Shown here: positions 1 through 14,300 of the stretch, one piece after another | Position numbering within the stretch: position 1 is the first letter of the stretch | How the letters are laid out: each line of letters begins with the position of its first letter | Source: Podarcis vaucheri | Lineage: Eukaryota | DNA length: 64,000 nt | Reading direction: 5' to 3' (one strand) | NCBI GenBank assembly: GCA_965113315.1 | Contig: OZ220367.1 | The notes under the pieces: generated by a model | Told to the model about the DNA's origin: nothing | Databases searched by the model: none | The model's input: only the letters and a program-made list of their open reading frames with translations | Program-made: the position numbers and the translations under genes

Positions 1-2128
1 TTTGTCGTATTACGCCCCCCACACCCTTTCTAATTCAGGGATTTTTGCTTTTTAATCTTCTAATAATAAAAATGTTTATACAACTATATGGCATGGCAGG
101 ACAGCACAGCCCCTGAATTAGTGAGAGAATAAATTTGCTTGATATTGCCATTATAGTATTCATTCTAGTGGATGATAAAGACTTCCTTATATCTAGTGTT
201 CAAAAATATTGATCTGGTTGTTTAGCCTCGTCATTATTGTTTTATGTCAATTCCTATTGTTTTATGCCAAATCCTATGAAATGGAACAGTATAAATTCAG
301 CAAAAGAACTTAACTATCAAAGGTGAGCACAAAGAGGAGTGTCTTCTTCAGCATATGGTGAAATCTGTATAGTGAAGACCCTAGATGCACCCCTATGGGA
401 AGGAAGTCCATAATTTAGGGGCCACCACAGAGTAAGCCATCTCCCAAGCTGCCACTTCTCACACTTCTAAGCATGGCAGAGCTACCAAGAGAGCTCCCTC
501 TGCACATCTTAACACCTGAGAAGATGAGTATGGATAGAGGCTATCTTTCAGATATCTAGGATCTAAGTTGTTTAAAAGAAATGGTAAAAATAAATCATAG
601 AAATATGCATAAGCGTGCTGAGAGCTATATAGAAAACTCTCTGGATCTGCTTGAGTAACCTTGTGTTGCTGTGTGCCTGTTTCATTGCACTGAAAGTAGA
701 ATAAGCCCTTTTATTTTTTCTGAAGGGTGATATATATTTTCTAGCACATTTTAATCTAATTATTATTTTTGTTATTTGTTAAATTTCACTCCTGCTGTTT
801 CTTTGAAAGGTGCTCAAGGCAGCAATTAACCAACCAATAAAACAATATAATGAAAATTGAAAGATGTGTTTCAAAACATTTAAAAACAATTAGAAGATCT
901 AAAAAAAGTTAAAGCCAGTCAAATAGCCTCATATCTAATGATTTCAGGGTTGCCAAGAACTGTTTCTTTCAGCCACTATATGCCTGGGTGGACAGGAATG
1001 TTTTTTCACTTCCTCTTGCATTTTAATAATGAAGAAGACAGACATACCTAACTGGGGAAGGGTATTCCACACATGGGGAACCACCACTAACAGCACCCCC
1101 CCCTTGCCAGTTGTAGGGCCTGAATGGTTGATACTGGAGGAAGCGAAGATTTACCATGCTTTTTCAGCTAGGGGCTCTCTTTAAATTCTATTTTCAGTGA
1201 TATTCAAGTGGGGGGAAAATATGTGATTGTGTTTGGAGAAATGTGAATTCCCATAACTTTTACCTAATTATGTTCTTGTAACATAGGTTGAATTTGCTGT
1301 GATTGGCATGGATGTCTGAAGGCCACTTTTTTACAAGTATGTTCCAGCTCTTGGCAGCACCATCTTGAGTGTCTCGTAAGTGTGGCTGGATTTTGTTAAC
1401 TATCTTGCGGTTTTCAGTCTAAAGCTGCAATCCTATGCATACCTAGCTAGGAGTAAATCTCCTGGAACTCAGTGGGATCTACTTATCAAGTAAAACATGC
1501 TTAGGATTGGGCTAAATATAATCTTAGGGGTTGACTTAAATGTAAAGGCATGGGAGAAAATGTGTAAAAATGGTGGGGAAGAGAGAACTGTTCTTTTCCA
1601 AGTCTCAAATGTCCAGAAAATTTAATCTCCATGCTGAATTTGTAGTCAGCACAAAAAATTGTCTTGCACAAAAAAATCCTTTCAGATTTGCCATTTTGGT
1701 GCTTTCTAGCCTGCTGTCATTACTGGTTTCGTAAATAGTTCTGGTTTTGCCTTTTCGCATCTTACTCGCTTGTAGAAGTAACACACAGCAACCACATTTG
1801 GCCTGCAAGAAATGTTTGCAATTTTGATATTTAGAGGTCCAAAAATACTAGCTCTAGCAAAATACTTATTTAAAATTAGATGATTAATATTTTAGAGAAC
1901 ATGTAACAGTCATATTTACATTTTTCTGCTGTAGAATTCTTCTAATGAGACGTGAAATTCTTGGTGTTTTTGTTTGGGCTAATCACAATAATTGAGAGAT
2001 GAAATTTGTGAATCCTATTATAAATACCAAATCACCTGTATTCTAGTACTAACTTATTTTCTACTCTATTACAGTGATGCTGGACGTTTGAATGCTGAAG
2101 CTGGCAGATCATTGAGAGGGCTGGCAAC

Positions 2129-2354
2129 ATGTTATGTTGGGGAAATGCCTCTTTTGGACAGCTTGGATTGGGGGGCATTGATGAAGAAGTTGTCCTAGAA
2201 CCCAGAAGATGCAACTTTTTCATAAACAAAAAGGTTCGAGATGTAGGCTGTGGACTAAGACACACTGTGTTTGTCTTGGATGATGGGACTGTGTATACAT
2301 GTGGATGTAATGATTTAGGACAATTAGGACATGAAAAATCCAGGAAACGACCAG
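2129..2354 (+). CDS. HERC4: HERC4 coding exon 1
   Basis: Acceptor ttacag at 2074, ATG 2129, MLCWGN...KSRKRP, donor gtaagt. Confidence 0.95.
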
Positions 2355-5300
2355 GTAAGTTAAAACAGTGCCTGTTAGATAATCGTATTGCTTTAGGTTC
2401 TGTATGTGGGTGCCAGTTATACTTGCAGCAGCAGTTTCTTAGATTATGGAAGTGTTTCTAGAATTAGTAGAGCTTCTAGGACCTGCTCTTTTTTCCCTTC
2501 TGACTTTTGTACCACTGCTATTGCGTGAAAGCCTCTATTTATATGGAACTGAAAACGCAACAAGATATTTTGTTAAGAAATTGTTGGAGATCTGTTTTTT
2601 ATATTATTTTTAATTTCTAGAGAACTGTAGCCCATTCAGAGGCAGTATTTAAAATGTATTGTTGATTTTTTATTTTTGTCTGAGAAATTATGTATTAACA
2701 TTAGTTGATCATTAAGTGTATTATATTTTAAATTCTTAAAGCTGCAGCAGCTTGATTTCAGTGCTTGGAACCACTGAGGTACTTTTTTCTATTTATGCCA
2801 ATGACACACTACTTGGACTAAACATGAAGTAATTTTTGGTAATACAAAGTGGGGTCTCTAGAAATAGTTTTATTGAAAATGCTTTAGTCTACAAAACTGC
2901 ATAGTCCTCAGTTGCCACTGTGTCTACCTCATGTACTTTTGCTGATTGATAGCACTGTAGTGTTCAACTCTGTTCTAAAATAGAATTCACTAGATAGCTA
3001 CTAAGGTGCAACTACATATGATTCAGGAGATAGAATCTTCGATTTTTATTGGGGCTCCCTCAATTGGATAGGGACCATGGCACTGAGAGACAGCATCCGC
3101 TGTGTCACTTTAGTGATTAAAATTACCTCCCCCACCAATGCAGTTACTTCACCCAAGGATGAAAATATATAGGTAGCATAGGTTTGGTTCTTAAGAGAGG
3201 AAGAAAAACTACAATCCTTATTAGACACAGATTAATAGTGAAGTGGTTTCCTACAAGCCAGTGAATTGTGGCTTGTAGCACCTCTGACCTCAGGTAAAGG
3301 AGATCTGACATGTTTGTAGGAACACATTTTTGCTAGTTCAGTTGTGCAGTCCATCATGGAAATGTTTGGGCAAGAGCAATGTAACATTATGCTGCTTTTT
3401 CTCTTGATTACAGAGCAGGTGAGTGCCTTGGATGCTCAAAATATTGTAGCTGTTTCATGTGGAGAAGCCCACACATTAGCATTAAATGACAGTGGTCAAG
3501 TCTATGCTTGGGGTTTTGCTGCAGATGGACAACTTGGCTTGCCTGGAACTGAGGAGTATACCAGAGTGCCCAGGTAAAACTAAATGATAACATAAGCTTT
3601 TTTGTTGTTGTTGTTTTGAATAAAAAAAACTTTCATCTTAGAAAAATTGTTCCTTTTGCTTTTGTAAAAAGGGCTTATTGCTTCATCTTTGCATCTTTGT
3701 AATTTTTCAAGCTCAAACTAGTATGGCTAGTTTAACAAGTCAACAGTAAACTATTAGTAGTTTATGAATCTGGCTTGTTTAAACTAGCCATAGATAATGT
3801 TAATCCCAGTTCTGGGTGCAGATGATATGGCAAGCTGGGGTTTACTAAAAGTGAGAGTGGAAGCTTCCAAATGACTCTTGAGCTATTCAAGCAGGAGGTG
3901 GGTAGCATGTGAGTCCAACACTTCTGCAGCTCATTTACATCACACTGAACTGTAATGTTGAAACATTAAGTTGCATTTTCTGTAAGGAAATAAAGCTTTG
4001 TGTTTTTATAGCATTTTGTGCAAAGGCTGTTCATTTAATTATGTCTTGTTATTTCTACAGAAACATAAAAAACTTGTCAGACATCCAAATAGTGCAGGTT
4101 GCCTGCGGCTACTATCATTCCCTTGCACTCTCCAAAGGTAATCAATCTCTGGACTGTCTGTTTGTTTTTCTGTATAAATTTAAAATACTCTTACAATGAC
4201 AATAGAAAAAAACACACTAAACATTTCACATCGTAAAATAGCCAGTGTTCGATAGCTTTGAGAGGACAGAAAGAGTAAACAAGTTTTCAGCTTTGCTCAT
4301 GTTAAGGAAAGGAAATGTGTGTATTATGAGCATTTATGTTTGCCACTGATCTCCAAATTCTAAAATGTACAGAGATTCCATGCAATACCTGGAACTATTA
4401 ATATATTGAGAATTGGGCTTTATTTGGAAATATGTGTGTAGGGTAGGACTTGTTGCCTACCCTACTTCTTTAGCATTTAATTTCAAAAATACCCCTTTTT
4501 CTTGGCTGAAAAATTATTGCCACCATTTGAATTCTGTCGCGTATGATAGTGGAGTAATTTTAATTCTTAGAGTGATGTAAATTCCTACAGTTATTCTTCA
4601 TCTTAAATGTGTGTCTTTTCTTCAACAGGTAGTGAAGTCTTTTCCTGGGGACAGAACAAACATGGTCAACTAGGTTTAGGTTATGAATTCAAAAAACAGA
4701 CTTCCCCACAACGGATAAAATCTTTGCAAGGGATACCTTTTGCGCAAATTACAGCGGGCGGAGCACATAGCTTTGTGCTTACTCTTTCTGGAGCAGTTTT
4801 TGGGTGGGGACGCAACAAATTTGGCCAACTTGGTCTTAATGATGAAAATGGTAAGTACACAAAATTTAAAACTATGAACTATATTACTTTCCATTTTAGT
4901 TATGATCAGATAATGTGTGCTTATTTTTGTAAAACCAAATTATGCTCCTCTGCTGAATTGATGCTTGGAGTGTCTATGTTAGTGGATGAGAAATCCACTG
5001 AACTGAAAGTTGCTGAAAGGAACCGTGGATATTACTGCAGTGCAGAACTACAATAACTTTGAAATGCTTTGCATGCTTTAATTATAGGAAATAACGGTAC
5101 TTTCAAAATAGTGAATAAAATACTACATAACTTCCGGGCGCTTTTCTATTTGTTGCACTGTAGTGCTTCTCTGAACAACACGTACTGTGGAATTATAAAC
5201 CTCAAAGTGCAACAAAGCTATTTGTTATATAAAATAATAATAGTTTATAAACTAAATCAGTAGTTTATATTATTTATTTTTATGTAATTTTATGTAATTT

Positions 5301-8300
5301 GTTGCAAAGTGTATATTACACTTCCTGATTTATTACAATTTTCAGATAGATATGTTCCCAATCTTCTAAAGTCACTAAGATCCCAGAAAATTGTTTACAT
5401 CTCCTGTGGAGAAGATCATACTGCGGCTCTTACAAAGGTACTGTAGTAGAAATACTGTATTTCACACTCTTAACTAATTAGTAGATTTGATAGCTTTTCA
5501 CATGCAGGCTGACTGCTTCAGTAGTGAGGGATTCAGCAGTCTGTAGGAGAGAAAACATGTTCATGTCACCAGTTGGTCTGCTTTTTTGTAACCCTCACTC
5601 TTGTCAAGAGAGAATGGTTGCCCAATATTGGGTGTGAACTCCTCCCGCACCAACCCCTTCATCTGAGGGACGATTCACACATTGGAGTTGTACTGAGCCA
5701 CTAACTTGGGCAACGTCAGTGAACCTGCCAAGATCACATGTTGCATCGGCCTGCTCACACCAGCATTTATATAAGCTCGGGGGGCGGGGGGAGAGCTGCT
5801 GAAATGTAATGTGTCACTTGCTGCTGACTTGCAGAGGAGGGGAGAAAGAAAGGAGAATTTGTGCTTATTTTCCTTCAGAGCTTTACAAGTTCATGTTTAG
5901 AAATATTCCATTGCATTCAGCCAAGCTCTAATAACCATGTGGGCGGCTGCTCCGCTGATGGATGCCATCTCTCTTGCTACTGCTGAAGCACAGTTTATAG
6001 TCTTGTGTGTGTGTTGATTTAATGCAACATACTTTGGTTTATTTACACAGCTGTCATTACATTCAGAATTGGAATATGACATTTACAGTATCTGCAAGCA
6101 GAAGAATAATTTAGGTTTTTTTGTAAACAAATACTGTTTGCTTTCTCAGTACATAACGTAAAGCTTATATTTAAAAACCTGTGGGATTTTAAATTCAAAA
6201 TTGAACTCTTGCTTCAGGTAATATGGAGAAATGCACTTTCTATTCTCTTGAGCAATTCTTGCTCTGCAGTTGAAGTCATTCTTGAAACAAATAAATATGA
6301 AAGTGAAAATAGTAGTCCTACTATATTGGGCAGGGCGCAATGTCCACTAATAGCATTTTACATTATCTTGTTTATCAGTCTGATATTATCACTAATTTAG
6401 GATTTTTTAAAATCAACTATGTGTTTTTAAGTTGGAACTCAGCTAAAGATTACATGATTTTTTTGCATGGGTATTTTTTATTACTTGAAATTTAAAATCT
6501 GTGTTTTTTAAAAAAAGTTTATGTGATTTATTTTTGGTGTACAGGACTACTGTGAATTTATTTTATTGTTTATAGTCTTACACAGTGAGGATGTTGTGCA
6601 GAGACTAAACTATCTATGAAGATAAGCATGTTTGTAAAGGCAATTTATTTTTTATATGTGTAGGGCAAATATCTAGTGCTTCTCCACAGTTGTAACTATT
6701 AATTTTTGTACATAAAAAGTATTGGAGTCATCTACAAGTTGCATTCTAACTTCAAATGTTTTTTAGGAAGGTGGGGTGTTTACTTTTGGAGCTGGAGGCT
6801 ATGGGCAATTAGGTCATAACTCTACTGGCCATGAGATAAACCCAAGAAAAGTTTTTGAACTTATGGGGAGCATTGTCACACAGATTGCTTGTGGAAGGTA
6901 AGACCACAGAATGGAATAATTTTATGGGGTGTTTAGCAACTTGAAAAGTGTAAGAAGCAAGTTTACCTCTAGCTGCTGTGGAATTCTCAAAATCTTGTTG
7001 GGCACCCCAATTATGTGCCATTATAAAGATAAGACGCGGGTGGCGCTGTGGGTTAAAGCCTCAGCGCTTAGGACTTGCCGATCGAAAGGTCGGCAGTTCG
7101 AATCCCCGCGGCGGGGTGCGCTCCCGTCGTTCGGTCCCAGCGCCTGCCAACCTAGCAGTTCGAAAGCACCCCCGGGTACAAGTAGATAAATAGGTACCGC
7201 TTACCAGCGGGAAGGTAAACGGCGTTCCGTGTGCTGCGCTGGCTCGCCAGATGCAGCTTTGTCACGCTGGCCACGTGACCCGGAAGTGTCTCCGGACAGC
7301 GCTGGCCCCCGGCCAATAGATGTGAGATGGGCGCACAAACCCCAGAGTCTGTCAAGACTGGCCCGTTCGGGCAGGGGTACCTTTACCTTTACCTTTTATA
7401 AAGATAAGACTGCTGTAAGTTAGCTAGCACATTAGTTTATGCAGCCCAGTGAATTACTTAATTGGATTGGCATGAAGGCTGTTCTATAGGCATAGTAGCC
7501 TTCCATCTCAATGCATTACAAGTTCTGTTTTAGAGGCCGCTCCCTCTTAATACCTGGAACAGAACATTGCAACTGTCTTCTCTTAAATTACTGGGGATAG
7601 ATAAGTCACATATAGCATGTGTAATATACTACAGCATTCTCAGTTTCTTACTTCTTGAATTTCTATTCTTTCTTTGCACTAGGCAGCACACATCTGCATT
7701 TGTCCCTTCAACTGGAAGAATTTATTCTTTTGGCCTTGGAGGTAATGGACAGTTGGGCATGGGATCAACCAGTAACAGGAAAAGTCCCTTCCCAGTGAAA
7801 GGAAACTGGCTTCCTTATAATGGAGACATCCCACTAAATTCAGGTAATAATGCTTTCTTTAGTAGTATATATATTTTTGGAGTGTTGGGGGGAATTATTT
7901 TAAGAATAGTTATATTGTGATAATGGGTAAGGGTTTGCCTCATGAGATTTTTGTGTTTACTATAGAAGCAATAAATGCTGCACCAATATGTTGCAAATTG
8001 GAAACAAGGACCCCTAACATATCATAGCAACTGCTGCAAGAACAACTATTGCCAGGATATGGAAACCATTACAGTTATTAACTATGGACCAATGGTATAA
8101 TGCAGTTTGGCAATCAGCATTATTAGAAAAACTGAGAGCAAAATTAAAAGTAGCAAGAGGCCAAAATAAACACGACAGATTTTTGCAGTCTGGTGTGACT
8201 TTATTGATTACAGAAATAATGAGACATAATGTAGAACAGTACCCATAGTTTACAGCACAGTCTGGTGTGCGTGAAGTACAAGTTTTATTATTCCCCCCCT

Positions 8301-11300
8301 TCCCATAAATTCCTATAAATTCTGATAGTTGTTGATACAAAATACCTTTGAATTTTGATCACTGATCTAAGCAATACACATAATAACTAATAATTTTGGT
8401 ATATACACTGACAAAATTTTGTTAATATATTCAGAAATGTGTATCTGTTTATTGTTGTGTTGTTTTACTTTTTTACTTTTAACTTTAATTATATATAATC
8501 ACAGCATGTTATGCTCTAATGTAAACAAAGATATATCTCAATGCAACTATGGTAAACAGTTTAAAGATGAAAATGAATAAAAATTCTTACCATAAAAATA
8601 AATAAATGCCGCACCATTTTCCATACAAGTCAACTCTAGTTTTTCTCTGAATGAACTTGTTGATCTATGAGAGTGCAGAGCAATAATTGTGAATGTGATT
8701 CGAAAAGGAAGGTTGCTGTGTGTGGTGTAAAATGCTAGTATGCAGACCTGCTATTGGCAAAAGTTACTTGATGTTCTTGCAAAAGTGGCATCCCTCAATT
8801 TCATTCCTACCTAAATAAAAGACAAATTCTTTTCAAGCTATCCTCTTGATGTTAACATCATGCTATTTTAATTATAGATCGTGAAGAATATTATTATGTA
8901 CATAGGATTTTCTCTGGTGGAGACCAAAGCTTTTCACATTACGTTACTCTACAGGTAGTTCATCTCATTTTAAAAATCCATAAGCTGACTTCTGTGTTTA
9001 CTCAGTAAAGTGCTTAGAACTGAATCTGATACTTGGAACTTTGACTTTGTATTAGTGTTGCTTTCCATTTGCTTCACTAGAGTATTCTTTAAAATATAGT
9101 GCAACTAGTGTAGCTTCAGTTGTGTATTATTGTACCTTAAGATAAAACTTTTTTCCATATTTTAAGTGGTCAAAATGCTTTAGGATTTGGTGTTAAAGTA
9201 TCTGAAATTTGTTATTTGTAAATTGTTTAGAGAAAATTAAGCTTCATTTTGTTAGCTGATAAAGCAAAACTCAGTTCCTAAACAAAGCAATCTTTCTTTT
9301 TGAGGATTGGTGTGCATACATAATATTTAGAGTTTAGTGACTGAGACAATCCTTATTTTAAGTTAGGGAAAGCTGTAAACTAGAAGTATGGATTCATAGA
9401 AATACAAAGTTTTTTTGGAACTGTCTGCATTCTTTAAATATAATTTTATAACCGTTTTAAATTTGATGTATTTTTATCTGCTTTGTTTCATCACAGTATA
9501 TTTTATGTTTTATTCATCACCCTGGATGAAGTGCAGAATATATTTTTTTCAAGCAAATAAAATAAAAATGCCTTCTATATCACACACAGGATATGAATGT
9601 CCATCATGGTGATGTCAGCTTGTTATGTACATCCTGGCTCTCCACCTATGAGGATGGGAAACTTTTGACCCTTCCAAGTGTTGTGGGACTTTAACTCCCA
9701 TCATCCCTGACCATTGGCTATGATGGTGGGGGCTGGGGGGAGCTGGAGTTCAAAAAGACCTAAAAGACCACATGTTCCCCATCCCTGTTATATCATATTG
9801 TTAAAAACAGCCCATTCAGCCTTTAATTTAGATGGAGGATACCTTGCCCTGAAATGCCCTACTGCAGCAAGGGAAATCTGTGAAGCACTGATGTGAGTGT
9901 ATTGAACTTAATGAATTAATCTGTGGGTGATAGTTGCATGCAGGAAAGCATGACTACAGCTGGATTGGGGCCATTATGTATGCTGAGCTCCACTTAGCAC
10001 TCCTTAAAAAAGGGAAATTTTAAAACAATTTTTTAAAAAGCATTTTATATAAATCTTCTCAGATAATATAGAAACCAACCAGCTTGTGTGCATAATGCTT
10101 ATTTGCAACAAGTTCAGAAGCAAAATGTGTGGACTGCTCAAGAGTAAACATGAAACAAAGTTGTATGGTGTAGCAACTCTAAATATAGGGATTTCTGGAA
10201 ATTAGCCATAGTTAATAGGGGGAAATATTTCTATGTATAATTTGCCACTCAAAATGTAGGATTTGGAACCTCCAGATGACTTCAGATACCCATGTGCTTC
10301 GAAGCAAATCTGGACTGTGAATGAAGGCTTCATTCAGAGGTTGCTGCACTGCTCATCTTCAGGATCAGGGAGGCTCCCTGCAGAGATAGCAAAGTAAGAA
10401 TGGTTGTTGTTGCACTTTTGGGCATATCTTGCAGATGGTGGTGTTGTGTGCTTAACTTTACAGAACCATCCACTTGGCTCCTGCGTTTGAATGTATTACT
10501 CTTACCTCATGGACACTCAGCTTAGTTAACATAGGAAGAGCTCTGCTTAAAGGAAAGGATTACAGTAGGAATGGGAGAGGGAAGGAAACACACTTGACAA
10601 TGTCCGTTAAATTCACTAAGAAGTATGATTGAGCTTTGTAGAAAGTTTCTCTCCTTTTAGTCTTTTCAAGTGTAGTGTATGTTAAGCTATGTTTTCTTGT
10701 AACATAGGATGTTTCCTTTCAGTATGGCTATCTGTATGTACAGTGGTGCCTGGCAAGACGAACGCCTCGCGAGACGAAAAACTCGCAAGACGAAAGGTTT
10801 TTTCGTTTTCGAGTTGCTTCGCAAGACGAATTTCCCTATGGGCTTGCTTCGCAAAACGAAGCTTGCCCCCGCACCCTGGACCTCTTTTGAGGTCGCGCGC
10901 CTTCCCCTCTGTCCCCCCTTTTGAACCAAGGGGCGGCAACGGGGAGAAGCGATCTTCTCCCCTCCGCCCCTTGCTTCAAAAAAGGGGACAGAGGGGAAGG
11001 CGCGCGTGCGCCTTCCCCTCTGTCCCCGGAGATTGCGGGGCTGGCAACAGGGAGAAGCGATCTTCTCCCCGCCGCCCCTTGCTTCAAAAGAGGGGACAGA
11101 GGGGAAGGCGCCCGCGCCTTCCCCTCTCTCCCCGGACCCCTTTTGAACCAAGGGGCGGCAACGGGGAGAAGTGATTCTCCCCGCTGCCCCTTCCCTTGCT
11201 TTAAAACAGGTCCCCTCTGTCCCCGGACGGTCTCCATAGGAATGCATTGATTGATTTTCAATGCATTCCTATGGGAAACCGTGCTTCGCAAGACGGAAAA

Positions 11301-14300
11301 CTCGCAAGAAGAAAAAACTTGCGGAACGAATTAATTTCGTCTTGCGAGGCACCACTGTATTGCTACCTTTATTGGTTGATCTGCCCTTTGCAGAACTGAA
11401 CTATTTTTTAAATGAAATTGGAATTTTTTTTATAAACGTGTGAGAAGTGAAAAGGTGTCCCCTTAATTCTACTCCTGTACTGTCTTCTAGTGGTCATGAT
11501 TCCAGTATCTCTCAAGCATATCATAGCTCTATAATGAATTGATAGGTGTCTCACTCTAATAATAAATAGAAATATGCTGAATTGATGCTTTTCTGTAAAC
11601 ATTGGCTTACATGCTCCATTTCACCTATTAATATACATACATTCTTCATTTTGATCCAGAGACTCACAAAAACATTTTCAAAAGCAAAATAAAACAGAAA
11701 TACAGGGAAAGGATTCCAAGGCGGTTATTATGTTTTATCCAGAGCATGTAGGTTTCTGTTTCTTATTCTTTCCAAAAGGAACTTAGCCATAGCCAGGATA
11801 GTATCATTTGACATATCTCCAAGGAGGTACTTAAGATAGAAGGTTTTGGATTTTCCAGTTTACCAAAAGGGGTTTAATTAATTGATCCCTGGCTTGTTTG
11901 AATTGCTCACAGTGTAGTGGGATATGTTTCATAGAGTCAACACCCTGAGAGCATAAGGAGAGCCTGTTCTGATAGGGTATACCAGACAGTCTGCCGTTTA
12001 GTACTTCTGAAGGGACTACATTTAATCTGGCTTTGGTGAATAATTGGCAATAGTTAGGTTCAGACAGATTCATGAAATACGATGGTAACTGAAAATCATG
12101 GCCATAGTGGATTCCAGTTGCAAACAGTCCACAGGTTACATAAGATATGGAATGAAGATTGCTGTATAAAATATCCCATAACCTTTGCCTCAGGGATTTA
12201 AGGGCAATGTTGTAGCTCAAATGATGTAAAAAGGATGGTGAAAGACCAGTTGATGAGGCTTTTCGGATCATAGTTTTCAACCATGAACTGACAGACTCTT
12301 TTTTGGTTAGATGTAAAAGTAATCCCTTCCCCAGGCCAAATACCAGTATTTCAAGGCAGCCCACCACACTTTATTGGAGAGTGGACATTCACATGTTTCC
12401 AACAATAGAATTGAATTAGGGACACAATTTGGGACCTGAAGTAGGAGCCAAAGGAACTTAGTCTGGAACCCATCTAACTTAGAAAATAGACCATTGTACC
12501 AGACATTTGAAGCATAAAGGAGTTGGGAAACGGATTTTGTGTTAAAGGCCCTTATGGCTGATAGAACATAGTGAGCTCTCTTTGTGAAAAAGAAATTGAC
12601 TATAGCAACGGAATACAGTATTGCTCATCTCCGCCTTCTGACAGATACTCTGCCAGTGGCAATTCCAGGACTTTGTGTGGTGAAACAACTGCCGTTGACT
12701 AGAATGTCAACAGTGATTATTACAGACTGTTAGAACATTGTAGTAAATTTAACTTTGTGTATATATTTTTTCTTATTCTTTTTTTAATAGTGAAATCGAT
12801 GGAACATTTTCCTCAGCTGGCTGTCTAAATGGAAGTTTTTTAGCTATCAGGTCAGTGGGTGATACACAATATTTTAATGCCCAAGCCACAAGATTTAATG
12901 AAAGTTTGGAAATAATTAAGAATTACATATTCATTTAACAGTCTAGAGAATAAGTAGTGGAAAGCAGAATTTACTTACTGCTTTTTGTTTTCATAGCCAT
13001 GATGATCATTACAGAACTAGTGCCAGATACTCAGGGATTGACATGAATACTGCTCGACTTCTGTTTCACAAACTTATACAGCCGGAACATCCTCATATAT
13101 CTCAGCAGGTTTGTCCTGAAATCCTTACTGCACCTAGTTTCAAACCCCAGGTATTACACTGTGTTAAACAGTTGGTGGTTCTTTTTGCACAGAACTGGTA
13201 AATTTAGGTTTGTAATGCAATGCTTGATGCTTTGTTGGAATATTCTATACTTTAAAAAAAATGTAAATTGTAGTAGCTCCACAGAGTTGTCAACATTTTG
13301 AGATTTTTAAAATGTACTTCAGTTAGTGTTTCAGTGGCTGGATTTGGGAATAACACTCAGCCATGGGTTGTTCAGGTGAGTTCTGCCTATGCCTGTGAGC
13401 ATCCTAGCCAACCATTTATGGTTTGTTTGTGCCCAACAAATCATGATCTCAAACTATGTTTTGAAGTTGGCTTGTGAATCTCTGCTTTTAGTTACCTCTG
13501 AACTTCAGATCCTTAGATTTGAGCTTAGTTTGTCACATCGCTCAGAAGCCCTTGCCTGGCAACAGAGGTGTAAGGGAAAAACAGCTAGAAAATGAAATTG
13601 TTCATGCAACTAAGAGGTTATCATTGATACTTTTAACAGATCTCTCCATCCTTCACTACTGTGCCCAGTAACAGGCTCATTACCCTGCATGCCTCATTGC
13701 TGATGAGCCCTATGAGAAAGAAAAGTAGTAAGAGACCACGAGCATTTCCCCCTAATATCTAATGAGAGATATATGTGTAAAAGCTCACCTTTGTTCTTAG
13801 GAAGGACTATACTAACAGTTCAACAAATGCAGTTGCAGATTTTGATCTAAAAGCTTCCCCTGTCACCCATTCACTTCCTGATAAACTCAGTTCATTCCTA
13901 GTTCTGAGAAACACTTGTTGTTACTGAAAGAATAGCTAGAGCAGACAGAACTTTTGCTCAAGAGGATTGCAAGGAAAGGGTTGGTTGATAGTACCTTTAG
14001 GACTATTACTTTGCTCAGGGGCTTTTGGAGCCATTAAAGGATCTTGAGCAGAATGTTCGTTTCATGTCTGCAGTTGGCCAGTGGCAAAAGAAGTGGTAAG
14101 TTGATAAGTTGATTGTCACAAAGGCCTTCTGCTCAGCAACCATCTATTCACAAGAGGATTGGGGGGGGGATCACCAGGCAAAACAAGCCACAGTTTCTTT
14201 GATCATCTGTGGTTGGGGTCCTCGTTTCTTCAGCAAACCATGGTGATAGCAAACTATGGCTTAGTTTTATGTCTGACTAGAATGGCTCCAACCCCTGAGC

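Noticed and set aside
10682-11443. Multiple overlapping ORFs of 60-186 aa
   Set aside because: All derive from the repetitive MITE interior; no transposase motifs.
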